Part shown: piece after piece, positions 40,101 through 53,556 of the stretch
Layout of the letters: the number at the start of each line of letters is the position of its first letter
How positions within the stretch are numbered: position 1 is the stretch's first letter
Assembly: GCA_047495785.1 (NCBI GenBank)
Contig: JBLDXI010000029.1
Coordinates: 124,001-188,000, forward strand
Direction of reading: 5' to 3'
Source of the DNA: Lepidodermella squamata
Taxonomy: Eukaryota > Animalia > Gastrotricha
Length of the DNA: 64,000 nucleotides
Program-made: the position numbers and the translations under genes
Notes under the pieces: generated by a model
What the model was told of the DNA's origin: nothing
Database searches by the model: none
The model's input: the letters and a program-made list of their open reading frames with translations, nothing else

Positions 40101-40313
40101 ATCCATCTTTGGTTTGCTAAATATACCCAAGGTTGAATTGCCGACGAAACTTTGAAACTTTCAACGATGCTACGTATGAGATTTCACCCGTTAACGTGTT
40201 GTTTTTTGCCGAATAGCTTTGGTGAATACGGCACCGGCCACCGCAGCTACCTGCACGAACACGTCTACCACATGTCGACGCCGAAATATTTCCTGCCGGT
40301 GACCAGCAACTAG
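37108..40313 (+). CDS. CWH43: PGAP2-interacting protein / CWH43 (GPI lipid remodelling); exons ~37108-37814, 38000-38730, 38793-39387, 40217-40313
   Basis: VWFYPLNEMGVTGYE, multiple TM helices, HFGFDN, ILESD, GNNDLT, LGMYTDFG, HHLLPSPNGEIAPAI, DRKLQA, DRWCEYI, LSDTELQ; C-terminal HVYHMSTPKYF. Confidence 0.92.
39789..40038. mobile_element. MITE-like element in the last CWH43 intron
   Basis: Imperfect ~30-bp inverted repeats TTTCATCCGACAACGAGATGTGACTAAAA ... TTTTAGTCACATTTTTGGTTGTCGGATGAAA; no evident coding capacity. Confidence 0.6.
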
Positions 40314-42659
40314 ACATCTGAACATGATAATGTCCAAGGATGTGTCTGTCCACTTTCTCAATTTCATACTCGCTCGCTCGCTCGCTCCCTATTGTAATAA
40401 GTTGATTGACATTTTATTCATTCCACCTGCGCGTGTCTTCCTCTGAAGTTAAACGTAATCCCGAACTCCTATCTACTCATTGCACGCCTAATGTTACGTT
40501 AGGTATTATTTATTCGACCAAGTCGAAGTGAAAAGCCACATACCTACATTTTATGTATCGTTTTTGTAAAAGCTGCCTGCTCTGGAGAAAAGAGACGAGG
40601 CGTTTCGTGTTGTGATGATGACGGAATTTATCCAAGAACTGAATCCAACTTGTGTGATGTCTGTTTTTCAATGTGGCAATCTCTCTCGTGTATAGTGATT
40701 ATTATTGTCGAATTAATATGGCTTTCTACATTATATATCTATGCGGTATTCGTTTACTCTTTTATTTATATTGATATGTATGTGAAAACTGCTGCTGCTA
40801 CGATAGAGTGACACGTTTCTCATGCCTTGTAAAGGACGCATTTACGACGAACCAGTTTTACCGAAAATAAACGAATTTTATGCCATTCCCTTTCACACGG
40901 CGACTGTTTGGGAAATCGAAGCCAACTCCGTAGTGGTTGACACCACACGAGAGCGTTCGGTGGCCTCTCATCATAGAGTCACCATTTCAGCGAAGAGTTG
41001 TAGCGAACCAGCAAAATCAGCGGCTCGAGGCTGGCTTTACCGAGTCGCGAAGAGTCGAACCGATTTCAATATTTCTTTCTGCCTTCTTTCATTTTAAGAT
41101 ACTTTGGAAGAAGAAATTAAGAATACAAAGATTGAGAGGGCTGAAGGGAGAGGGAAGAATAAGACAAGGAAGAGAGGAAGCGGAAGATTGCAATGCCTAT
41201 GCCGGATGAAAATAAACCGATGGCTAAGCAGGCAAACTACTTTCGACACGCTGCGTGAAAAGATTATTCCGAGTCGCTTGGTAGATTACTTGCAAGTTAT
41301 TATGATAGAAATAAGGCAAATAAAACGGCACTGCCTTGCGATTTGTTCATATTTAAGGTTCTTTTGAAGTCTTTTTGAACGATGCTCAATAATATTCCCC
41401 GTTATATATTCAGGGTCATTAGGAGACAAAGAATCATCGTTGAATCATACATATTAGGATTGACGTGCTTCTGCAGAGCAACACGAGGTACCAGAAAGTT
41501 TTAGTTTCCAAGTTCGTCAAGTTCATTCGTCATTTTCGGTTCGCTGTGAAGTACTTATGACCTCGAACCTTACAACAGTGCGAAGCTATGCTGTAAGATT
41601 CTACGATCTACGATGTAACACCTTTTTCGTTTGCATTTTCATAATGTACACAACTTGAGTTCACAAGTAGTTTTTTTCTGCTTCTCTGCATATTCATTTT
41701 TTCATTTTCTTACTTATTTTATTAAAAGAAACTGACCCAACCTCTAACCGACGTAAAATATAGCAGCCCGAGCTCAGTTTTCGATGATTAAGATATCAAA
41801 TCGAAGCTCTTAAGAAGATGTATTCAGTGGTGAAGTCGGCGTCTTCAAAGATAAAATAACTAGGTATTTTATCTGAAAATCCAACCACGAAACCAGTTTA
41901 TTTCCTGAATGGGAATTTCTTCGCATTAATCAAGTGTCATTCCTAATTTTGATCCATCGAGCGCATCCAAATATAAGCCTCAATTTGATATCATCTCAGC
42001 TGTAGGAAAAAGATCTTGCGTTGCTGTTTTACATCGGTTAGAAGTTTCTTTAAATAAGAAGAGTAAGAAAATAAAAAAAATGAATACGCAGAGAAGAAGA
42101 AAGAGACTACTGGTGAAATTTGTTTTGCACATTATGAAAATGCAAATGAAAAAAGGTGTAGTATAAAGCGCATGTTTTTCCGACATCGATCGTTGAATAT
42201 TATTTCATCAGGTGGCTATTGTTCAAAGAATTAGAACTACGCAGCAGATGTATGAAAGATCGCCAAAAACAGCGAGTATTTTAGCTTTTTTTCCTAATTT
42301 TCATCTCCTTTGACTAATTCTGGTCACTAGGTACGCTTTGCGGGAATTAACGTCAACACGCCCGGCGTATTCGGTAAACCGGAGTAAATTTTGTTTTATA
42401 ATTTTTACATCTTTTGATCGAAGGATTAATTGGAGGAAATTACAAAATAAAGATGGTGCTACGCTCTGTTAATTCTGGTCATACCTGCTACACTGAAAGC
42501 GTGTATAGGGCTCAATATAGATGCGATCATGCTTTCAAAAAATCATGCGTTTATGTTCTTGACCGGCAGTACATTGTTATATGTATTTGGTGTTTCCTTG
42601 AAGATCTAGATTCATAAGTAGTAATTTACCAGCAATAAATTAAAATCATCACAAGTCTA

Positions 42660-43649
42660 ATGGGTATCCTAAAGGTCGGCTACTGGCTTTCAGACGACAA
42701 GAAGGAGAAGTTCAATTTCAAGCAGTTCGTCAAGTTCTGCTCCCAGCGAGGCATCGCCTTGGTTAAAGTGCAACTCCGCGACGACATGTCACAAAACAAC
42801 GGTAAACCCGCATTTTCTCTATTTATTCACAAGCTGAATGATTTAGTCGTCGACGCAGACAAAGGCCATGTAGCTGCTGCCGATCGATTGTCGACATTCG
42901 AGCGGTGGATCTCCAATCACCCGGAAGTCGATGTCATCGATCCTCTTTGCTACACTCGTGTTCTTTTAAACCGGTTCTCTATGTCGAAAGCTATCGAAAA
43001 GACGTGTGCAAATCTTGATGAATCTATCTTCTTCATTCCTCCCTTTTGCGAGCTTTCGACCCGTTCGGATATTACGAGAGGATTGATTAGTCAAGCCGGG
43101 TTACACTTTCCGATTATATGCAAACCTATTATGGCCGAAAGTCATGAGATCGTCATAATAACTCACGTAGAAGGCTTGGAGTATGCGCCAGTTCCGTGTC
43201 TCGCTCAAACTTACATCAGCTATCACCAACTGTTGTATAAAATGTACATTTTGGGCGACAAACTCTACTGTATTGCACGGCCCTCCTTGCCTGATCCCAG
43301 TGCGCTAGTCAGCATGGGTCTGGTGCTGCGTTTCAACACTGCCACATTAAGCAAGATCCAACCCAGTGGCTGCGACTCGAATCGACAAAACCTTGTCTCT
43401 GCGTGCCAGCCGTCGGTCAAGTCGCTCCAAGTCCTAGCCACAGCGCTACGGAATGAGCTCAAATTGGAGTTGTTCGGTGCCGACGTGATGGTGGAAGCGG
43501 CAACCGGCCGCTTGGCATGCGTGGATGTTAACACGTTTCCCGGCTACAAAGGTGTGCCAGACATCTTTGGTGAACTGTGCTCGTTCCTGACGAGACGTGC
43601 GCGAGGTGAAATCTCGCCACAGAGTCAGATGCCAATATTCATTTCTTAA
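42660..43649 (+). CDS. ITPK1: Inositol-tetrakisphosphate 1-kinase, single coding exon
   Basis: 329 aa: KVGYWLS, FIHKLND, HPEVDVIDP, FPIICKP, PCLAQTYI, LYKMYILGD, RPSL, LFGADV, VDVNTFPGYKGVP. Confidence 0.9.
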   Translation: MGILKVGYWLSDDKKEKFNFKQFVKFCSQRGIALVKVQLRDDMSQNNGKPAFSLFIHKLNDLVVDADKGHVAAADRLSTFERWISNHPEVDVIDPLCYTRVLLNRFSMSKAIEKTCANLDESIFFIPPFCELSTRSDITRGLISQAGLHFPIICKPIMAESHEIVIITHVEGLEYAPVPCLAQTYISYHQLLYKMYILGDKLYCIARPSLPDPSALVSMGLVLRFNTATLSKIQPSGCDSNRQNLVSACQPSVKSLQVLATALRNELKLELFGADVMVEAATGRLACVDVNTFPGYKGVPDIFGELCSFLTRRARGEISPQSQMPIFIS

Positions 43650-45124
43650 TACCAATTAATACCTTTCGCAGGAACACGCCGCTAGACTTTGCCGATGGGG
43701 TTACTTTGACGCGCCTTATTATGGCTTTATTGACATGATGATGAAGCCCCCACGAATGGGATGCTGCTAGAAAACTGTTGGTTAGAAAACTCATAGACAA
43801 GGCTGTCCTAAATAATCGAACGTCAGTATTTACGGCTTCAATGTCTTCAACATGCTACCTTCAGCAATGCGAAAATCGTCCCGTTTGTGGCATTTCAAAG
43901 AGATCCCTCGTATAAGCCTGACGGTGTGCATTTCAGGTGGGCATTCAGTGCGGAACTGTTCAACAACTCTAATAAATGCTTAGGTATTTGTACTTAATAA
44001 ATCGTAAATTTTAGCGGCGATATTTGACGGATTTTCATTACAATTAAGGTCAGCATCCCAGAAAGGGCTCCACGCTATAAGTTACAATAACTTGAATTGG
44101 AATAGGCTGAAGCAGCCCATTTCTCTTTTATTCATAGTTCCTTTGAGAAAATTCAATTGTACTCCTATTCCGGCCTGAACATAGCCCAATCATCATCATA
44201 TTATCATATGATGATGATGATGATGTAGGCCAGCACGTCATAGCACCCGTGCGATTGGTCACGCGACTGGCAGACGTTTCAGCTGCCTTTAGCTTCAGCT
44301 TAGTTTCAGCTGAGTATGTATGCGAAGAAAACCGAGCAGCGAGCAGTTGACATGTTTTCTCACTACTATTGAGCAGCCATCAATTTCAAACTAAAAACCT
44401 AAAATCTTGATCATGCGTCTCTGAAGATCGCAGCCTTCGGCGATATCAAGATAACCATATATAATATCGTATATACCATTCACGATGCAAAGCGATCATG
44501 TGGGATCAGAAACTGAACATGCGCTATGCTTTGATCAGTTGCGCCTTGCGAGGTCTCACCAGTCTCACCGTCTCACCAGTGGAATATCATCGATATGAAA
44601 GACTTCTTGTAAGCCTGTATAAAGCGGGTGGACAGGACGCTTTGCGCCTGTTACGCAGTTTGTTTAACTGAAATGAATAATGAGGGGAGAGAATTCAACT
44701 CCAAAACAAAACAACATCTTTGCAAGGAATTTTTGATGAGAATAAACCAACTGAGACGACGCATCAGCCGCAGTTTCGCATTTTCTTTTTTTTGTCAAGT
44801 GCGAATTGTAACCTCTCTACTTCTGATTGGCCACAAGGTCCCCCTTGAACAGGGCACGACGCTAAAACATAGTTCAGCGCATTGTCTTCTTCCATTTTTC
44901 TGCTTCGGCATTGAAGTCTTTGAAGTTAATACCCCAGGTCATTTTTCTGAACGGAATCCCGCCACAATAAAACGATAAAAGCTGCAAAAACACGCATTTA
45001 TTGTCGCCAGTGATGAACTGGCGTATAAGACAAAAGCCAAAAGTCGAGTCGTATAGTAGAAAAACAAGCAAACAACACGCGCGGCATGCTTCAATAATTT
45101 ACACAGACACAGAGAGAGAAGTGA

Positions 45125-48100
45125 CTAGTGCGACTCGAGGATGCGCGCCCAGTCGATGGGGTTGTCGAAGACCTCGCGGCGCAGCCACTCGTCCGGCGAC
45201 ACGCCCGACGCCAGCGCGCCCGAAAAGTAGTCCGACGACACGGCGGCGAGGTCGGCCGACACGTTGGCGGCCGCCGACGCCGACCACACGGCGCAGTGGC
45301 ACTTGAAGTCGTCGGCGCACGTGTGCCGCACCACGTCCCCTGGGGCGACCGCCAGCACCCGCGCTCCGTTCGGCTGCACCGGCGGCATCAGCAACGACCA
45401 CGTCGCTGCGTCGTGCGGCCGCGGGGCGTCCACCGCACACGCCGTGTCTGCGGCCGGCGGCGGCACGTGGTAGCGGCGCGCGTGGAACTTGTCGATGAGG
45501 CCGCGCAGCAGCGACTCGGCGGCCTGGAAGTCGGGGCTGGCGGGGCCGACCGCGGCTGGTTTGCCGCCTGACGGGCCGTCGTTGTTGCTGTTGTTGCTGC
45601 TGTTGTCACGACCCCCCAACCCGGCCTGGTTCGACTGCGAGTCGTTGGCGCCGTACGCCCAGTCGTCGGTGAGGCGGTGGCGCACGCGCTCGTAGATGGC
45701 CGACACGGCGTGCATGTTCTGGCGGCGCCACTGCCGGCCCAGGAACCGCGACTGCAGCTTCAGCAGTTTGAGCGCGTACAGCTGTGCCAGCGGCTGTTTC
45801 AGGCGCAGAGTGCGCTTCAGCAGGCCGGCGCATCGCAGCGAGTGCAGCAGCGCAACGCGATGCGGCTTGCCTGAAACAGAACAAGAAAATGTATTTTTTC
45901 ACTCGCTTTGAATGAAGTCCTAGCGGTTCTCCTATTTTGATTCTTACATATTGATATTGCACTGGCCACAAGTTATACTCTTATTTTTCTGTAAGATATT
46001 CCCAATGCTCATCTTTCATGATGAAAGCTATCAAAATTCGAGAAAATTCTTGTGTTTTTAGTGCATTGGGTCGACTTGAGCTTCCGAAGCTTTGAAGATT
46101 TGATGGTCCATTTCCTCCTCATTTTAGCTCGAATTCCGAATTACTCGTAAATTCAAATCAAGTTGGGAATGGAAAAAAAAAGAAAAATGAATATCTAATG
46201 AAAGCGAATCTTTCAAAGAGAGGCACTGGAATCGAATTTCGCTTCTGATTTTAGATTTTCGCCGTATCTTCTTCAAAACCTCTATCTTGTTTCAAAAGTG
46301 GACAATTTCACTTTCGAGTTTTAGAATGATCTAAGAGGAAATGAACCTAAATATGTCTTATTATACCTAGAACTTTCGTTTCAGTCAGATACTCTAAATT
46401 CAGACTGAAACTACTGCACTCAACTATTCTGGTCGTTTTGCGATAGACGCCCGGAGACGTTAAGAATGAATCAAGCAGCCTACCTTTCACGAGTTTGTTG
46501 AGAACGCGGAGTAGGTTAACAGCCGTGTGGACGACGCGCCAGTTGAACGTCGGTTCAGTCGCCAGTTGCTGCAACTCGGCGTCGACGTCCGCAACATGCG
46601 GTGCCTCATCGCTGCCGCCATTCTTCGCCGCCATGAGGACACAGCGCGGGAACTCGGCGTCGGGCACGCAATTCGCCGCAGCCGCGAGGCCGCACAGGTT
46701 GTGCGAGAGCAGGCGCACGAGCAGCGGCAGGGCGTTGGCGAAGACGAGGTGCTGCGCGACGAGCTCGAAGTGCAGCACGTGCACGGCCTTGAAGTGTTTG
46801 AGGAGGGCGAGCAGCGAGCCGGCGAGCGCCTTCAGCACCACCTCGCGGTGCCGGCTCGTCTCGACGCCGTTGCGCAGCGACGCCGCCACCGTCGCCGCCG
46901 TCCCGCCCGTCAGCGACAACTGCACGCAGTCGCTCAGCACCGACAACGACCCGGCAGGTCTAACAATTGAAAAAAAACAGATTATTCAAGTCAGAGGCAC
47001 TGAATTTGCATCATAGATCAAGGCATTTTACTATATGACTTGGTGCTAACTTGGTCTCTCTTGATCTTGGTCTCTCAACTTCTAAATACCATAAAGTCTT
47101 AACGATCTTATTTAATGAATCAAAGGAATTATGAATTCGTGGGAAAAAAACAGATTGTTCGCGACTGTTCCTGAAGCTGATCTCTCGTCGTCAGCCGGCC
47201 CCTAAACCCTCACGGGTAAGGCTTACATATTACCATCACAGTTATACAGCCGAGGAGGACGAAAAATAAAACTTGTACATTTGGAATAAATGATACTAAA
47301 AATTCACTGCCATGTATTGATTATTTGTTGTTTAAAATCTTCTGGTCATCTCAGTGATGGAAGCGACGAGCTAATAGATAAACTGCACCAACTGTTCAAA
47401 GCTCGGACATTACGCTGATGAATGCCAGGCTCCTGAGGAAACCGCAGAGAAACTTCGAAGAGACCACGCCAACAGATTGGAAGCTGGCTCTTCCAATGGG
47501 TCGCTGCGGCCGTGGCCAAGTGGCATGATCTCAATCACTAGTGGCTCACCAGCCGGAGACTAGCTCGGCTGCACCTGCTTTTAAGGCTCCGAAAATTCGC
47601 GTCATCATTGACCTAGCGATGCTTCCTTAAATAAGACCAACTCATTGGTAGCCTTAGGCTCTCGAACTGCCGGAATGGCAGCGTTGAAATCTCGCGATCA
47701 ACTTCTTGTAAAGTGCTATTTCCAGCTAGTCGTAGTACCTAACCTGGTTTAAGATTCACGTGGTTGGTTTCACTTTAAACTAGCAAAATGTTTCCATTTT
47801 TTCTGATTTAAAAACACTCGGCACTACTAACGCACAAATTCGGGGACTCACCTTGCACTGGAGGCTGGAGGCGCAACACCGCCGGCAGCTGCCGACGCCG
47901 CCGCAGTGGCCGCCGAGGCGTAGGTGGCGGTGGGCGGCGGTGGCTCGGCCGCCAGCATCAGCTTCAGCACGGCGATGCAGTACTGCGGCAGCGAGGGCAG
48001 CAGCGCGCCGAACAGCCGCTCGGCCGGCTGCTGCTGCAGCGCCTCGGCCGCCACGCCCGTGTCGACGGGCCGGTGACTCAGCGGCGCCCGCGCGACCAGT

Positions 48101-50572
48101 TCTTCGTCCCGCAGCTGCGCCTCCGCCAGCGACGTGTACAGGTGCGCCTTCAGCACGCGCACCGCCTCGTGGATGGGCCGCGGCAGCCCGATCATCGAGT
48201 CGACGTCGCCCGGCGCCGAGAAGCGCACGAACTTCAGCCGCCGCTCGTTGACGAAACGCTCCAGTTCGGCCCGGCCGACCTTTGGCCGCCACGGGTGCGC
48301 CGGCTTCACGCGCCGCTCGCCGCCGTTCGACGAGCCGCCGCCGCCGCCTGCCGCGCTGTTGCCGGCTCGGCCGCGGGCGGGGCGCGGCTCCGAGTCGTTC
48401 GATTCGCCGCTGCTGTTCGCGTTCGCCAGAGCAAACGCAGCCCCCACCTGATTGACGATAAAAAAAACAAGAAAAATGATCAGATTTGCTGAAAATTGAT
48501 ACAAAATGCAATCAATACATGGGATATCCATAATAAACAAAAATTAAATGCATCCAGCTATCAACTTACAGTTTAAAAGTTGGACAGCTAACTGAATCAA
48601 AAAACTAATTCTCGAGGCAAAATCAAGTTTAGGGCTACAGGGAAAATTCTATGAACCCTCGGCAAGTACCACTTACAATCGGGCACAGTAGTTGATATCT
48701 CAATTTTTTGACACTCTCCAATCACTAATTTTGATAACTAAAAGAAGCCTAAAAGAAGCTTCTGGGAAACCCAATGCAGTGAGTATTGTCCATATTAGCG
48801 TTTACCACTCGTGACAAAATAATATGATGAATTTATATTCCAGCGAGCAGAATCTTTCAGCTTCTTTCAGCAGAAAATCGCAATACAAAGAAATTATCCG
48901 AGTTCGAGCAAAAAATACTTATTCAATGCCCCAGTTATTTTCGAAATATTAGGGAATTCCACCATCAGTTTCATAAATCGTATGTGAATAATTCTTAACA
49001 TTGATGGTTTCAAGTCTTACGAGACAATACCACAGGCTTCGAAATATTGAATGACAATTAGATTGATCGCAAAGAACGAAATATTGAAAATTAGGCAGTT
49101 CAATCTTTGAAAACCAGCATTCACGCAATAGTCAAATCAAACAATTTACTCGTTTCAGTCACGATCAACAGAGGTATGAAATAAGAACTCAAGGAGTAAA
49201 TGCACTCTAAAACTCAATTGAGACAATCGACATATCAACCGAAATTTTGACGGGGCGCTACTTCAGGCAAACCTGATCTGATTTATGCGATCCTCTTGAA
49301 TGCTTTGATTCCTAGTCAGCAATTCAACAAGTCAGTCCCCAACTACGTTTTCATGCCACTTCAAATTTTCTAATTCCACCAATTCCAACCAATCGGCTCA
49401 TTTAGGAAAATATTCTCAGTGAAGATACCCACCTGTGAGTCGGGTGGCGGCGGCGAACACGGCCGCATCGATCGGATGACATCGGGCGTGAATTCAGCCA
49501 CAGGCGGTAGGCCATACGCGGACCTCATCGCATTTTTCGCTTCATGGGCCTCCCGAGACGACCCAAGTGAACAAAGCAGTGTCTTCCATAACAAAAGTAC
49601 AACCTTTCGAATCGGGTAATGCGGCGCATCACCGTTACAAAATCGTGTTAACATGTCAAAAAGTGTCACAGCTAATAGCTCATCGACATGGGGAATGGTT
49701 TCGTCTAGAAAAAATCATTATATTCAAAACTTAAGAACGGACTTGAAAAAACTCACTGAGTTCGGCTCGAAGATTGGATTTCAGTGTTTCGTCATTTGAA
49801 AATCGGATAGATTCAAACATTGCGTATAGTGGGGTCATGACTAATCTCAAAGGTAGCGTATCGACCGGCCGAATGGTAAGGTTAGCCACAGCGGGTGTTG
49901 ATAGAACACTGCTGGCGACTTCAATGTGTTCAGGGAATCGGCCAACTTCCCGGTGAAGAGCTTCGATTATCGCAGGCAATGCCTCGTTTTTCAATAGCAA
50001 CACTGCGTTTTTCGTCATTACCGATGAGAGCTCGTCATTAGAGCTGACTTCTTTAAAATTGCCTAGAGCGATGTAGCTCAAACAACGGTAAACATCCATT
50101 CTTCGAGCGTCCGACGCAAGATCCAGCTGGTCGAGAAGTAAACGAATGTGTCGGCTTTTCCGCTCGTCACTCCACTTCAACCATTGAGAATCTTAAAAAG
50201 TTCAAGATTAAAATTGATTGTTAGAAGATACCTTAGCACAGAACATACCCTCAGCAGGAAGCTTCTCATAGTATGTACTTTCCATCTGCTGAAGATCCTC
50301 GCTTTCGTCAAAGCAAAACCATTCTGAAAGTTAAATAGCAAATGATTGTTAGACGATGTGACATCGGACTGCTTACCTGATATTTCATGAAAAAAATTAT
50401 CCGAGTCATCGTAAACAAAACCAGCGGGCTCAAAACACCAGAGACGTTCATCTTTGCCCCCTCCTACAGCTGGGGACGGACCGGTTTCTTTTGTTCGGTA
50501 TGTCACGTAACGCAGACCCCCAGATTTATCGGGTGGCAACAGCGATTCCGTGGGCAGCGGAATAGCATCCAT
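45125..50572 (-). CDS. STRIP: Striatin-interacting protein (STRIP1/2, FAM40); about 7 exons
   Basis: FVYDDSD...EISEW, HYPIRKVVLLLWK, PWRPKV, GLPRPIHEAVRVLK, LPQYCIAVLKLMLAA, RHREVVLKA, LLKHFK, LYALKLLKLQ, HRLTDDWAYG, WLRREVF. Confidence 0.93.
47378..47440 (+). mobile_element. Isolated gag-type CCHC zinc-knuckle relic in a STRIP intron
   Basis: INCTNCSKLGHYADECQAP (C-x2-C-x4-H-x4-C), immediately preceded by in-frame TAA TAG. Confidence 0.5.
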
Positions 50573-51859
50573 TTAATACCTAAAATTTGAATATTAAATC
50601 AAGGCTATAATTTGCTCTTCCTCTTTCAGGAAAGACGCATAGCTATCCAAAAATATGGGTCCCCTGATGGTTGGTACGTTGGAAACGGCGCACCCAGCAG
50701 TCGAGGTCTATTTTAAAAAGATGACGACCGGGGTTGCTCTTGCACTCCTAATCATCTCCGCAATTGAGAGGATTTCGTACGTCATTGGTTTTCGTACGCT
50801 GCATTTAAGTACCGCAGGGTTCACAAAGCGCATATGTTGGCATAGGCAAGCAAGGCAGGGAATGGCGATACACAACGCAGCTTATTTGGCACAAAATCGA
50901 CTGTAAGCTCGAAAACGACACGAAGCGAAAAAGACTTACCCAGGCTTAAAGTTTTCCTGCGGCAATTAATTTGATAAATAGACAAAATATCTATTTCAAA
51001 TACTAAAGCCCAATAATCGATATTTTAAATATTAATTTCTGTCAAAAACAATTCCGGCTTTCCCGCGCGCTATTTTCAAAAAAATTTCATTTTATTGTAG
51101 GTTAGGATAGGATTCCGCGTTCCCTCCCGCGGCGGCCCGGGTTAAAGTTCTTGGTTCTTGACTGTCAGGTGTCAGGCGCGTTAGCTTCGTGAACTTGCTT
51201 AAACAAAAGACTGACCACAGGGTGCACCTAGAAAAAATATGTTAGCGTTGGATTTGCATCTCTAGATTCATTGCATCGTGTATGAAACCTGTTTTTATTC
51301 CCGGCCTGGGCAAGGCCACCTTAGTTGTACGGAAACCTCGTGAAAGCGCAGTAAACGTGGTAAAATCGGAAGACGATTGCAGCTTCGACGGTAATAGTCT
51401 CAATCATGCTTCTTACATATACTCATTATTGACTTCCAGATATAGAGATCAGTGACGAAGGAGAAGCTATTAGTGCAAATCCTAGCAGCTGCGACGAGTC
51501 TACTAGGGGAAGTGGTATCGAGACAAGACTTCGGTGGGTAAGAACATGCTAATTTTCATTTACTTTGCATTTTCGTTTCCATTGCTGCTTATACTAACCC
51601 GGGGTTATGCAAATTTCACTGCTCGGCGAGATTTCGTCTTCATTGCTGCGCACTCTTGTTTTAGCTTTATGCACGAGCAATTTCGCAAGATAATCGCGAT
51701 AATCATCAAGGTGCGGACTATCAGAGAGCCTCGACTGTTCGCTCCCGGCATCATCAAGTTCTGTTAGGTCATAATTGTTTTCATATGGCGCCATATTGCA
51801 ATGCGAGCTTGTTTCATCGTTGGTGACTTCTGATTTGAGCAAATTCCCGTTTACAGATT

Positions 51860-52400
51860 CAAGAAGACCTCATGCTTCCCAGCTCCGAAGAACTATGTTC
51901 GCCGTTCTATAATATCTTCAATCGCTTCCTTGAGCCATCTAGCATGGATAGGCTTTAATATAGACAGACGATGATCAACATTGGCCTTGTGCAGCATGGC
52001 AAGTGCAGCAGTTAATTTAGAAGAGAAATATTGTATTTTGTATAGCACCTTCTGGTGCCAGGGTCCAATCAGAAACTGGCTCTAGCTTCGAACCGGCCTC
52101 GTCAATGTTAATCACCAGCACATAGTTTCAGCGACTGATTTCCGAAATTATTGTTTGATCTCTTCGGCATTGGGGACGTCAGCCTCCGTCGACTTAGTCG
52201 CTTTCCTCTCAACAAACTCAAAAGATTCATATTGAGATCTAGCGATCGATTTTGAAACATCGAATCCACCATCAAACTTCTAAGCCAGGCTGGACATTCT
52301 TATTCGGCGGTTGCCCGAAGGGCGCACTTGATTATTCGATTTTTTAGTGGGGCGCCCATTTTACTTGCGACTTCCACCCATTGCTTCAGTAATTGTATCA
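51860..52400 (-). mobile_element. Decayed, internally deleted pogo-like (DDE_1) transposase
   Basis: Fragments with stops and frameshifts: GGFDVSKSIARS...FVERKATK, LVINIDEAG, DWTLAPEG, then directly VDHRLSILKPIHARWL and IVLRSWEA*G. Confidence 0.72.
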
Positions 52401-53556
52401 TTTTGCAATCAAGCATGTTCACATATCATAGGGGCAAGTTACAAGTGAGTGGGGAGCGCTTTCTCCGAGGGGCGTTACCCTAAAACAGAAGGAGGGGCAA
52501 AGAGTTCAGCGAACGAGGCTAGTCAGTGCTAAAAGAACCAGGTCTAGAGCGGTTTTGATATGCCAATGTACTGGGCAGTTCACAGATGAGAACCTTGGAT
52601 TGCCCGAAATATTGATTGCCTGATCTTGATTGCCGAAAAGTCAATTTTGCGAAAATTTTGCACGCCTTGTGGTTTGGGCCCTCGCGAATTTTTTAAGCAT
52701 CGCGCAAATTTTCACGTATACAATATTCTCGAAATGAAGATTTCATGTTGTTCTTAATGAAAGTATTTACAAATTGGTCACCCGGTCGGCATTCTTCAGT
52801 GAGGTACGCGGGCTAGAAAATCAGGGCAAGGTCGTTTTTATTCGAAAGTTTCAGAAACGCGTGTTATCGATGATGACAACAGCCGGCTGTTTAGGGGGCA
52901 AGTCGAGGGCTTTTTGAACTCTGTCGCAATAAGGAGAAAGTTTCGGAAAGTGCGAACGACCAGGTCTAGTTCCTGCCAGGTGACTTTTTTGCCTGGCGGC
53001 TCGCTTGAGACAGGCAGAACGTTCTAATCGGGCGGCATTTCGCTGTTTCCTTCCTGCGATTAGTGTTCGGAGATGGCTCACTCTTACTTTTTGCCTTAAA
53101 ATTATTTTGCATTATTTGCTTTTCAACAGAAGAATTCGAAGAATGAAGAGAAATTGAGGTTAGATCATTAACATTAGTGTGAAATATTTACCAGTGTCAC
53201 GCGAAAAGAGCAAGGTGGCTGCAGATTGCCAATCGCAAGGCTTCAGTTGATTCCATGCCCAATTGTTTTTCCTGAAACATGAGGTCGATATCTTCGGGCT
53301 CCAGGAAATCCAAGGCTTCGGCTTTTTTACCGAGTCCGGCTGTATTGGATTCAATCAGTTTTGAATTGATTATTCTCAGGAACTCAGGAAAAGAGTCGTC
53401 AAAATTTAAAACCGAAAAATTATTAATTAAAAAAGAAAGCGAACAGAAAATTATTCTCGTGAACTATTCACAGATCACGAAAAGACTTCTATTTTAAAGT
53501 AACATATTATGCTTTAAAATGTGAGTCTAAAATGTTTTTATCCGACATTTTTCTAG

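Noticed and set aside
43750-43997. Fragment containing KPDGVHF, like an SGNH-hydrolase DxxH motif
   Set aside because: No upstream GDS block visible, frames are interrupted, and a 4-residue motif can arise by chance.
53160-53400. Minus-strand frame LDFLEPEDIDLMF...LG, vaguely SAM-like
   Set aside because: Short, no clear start or splice structure, and the similarity is too weak.
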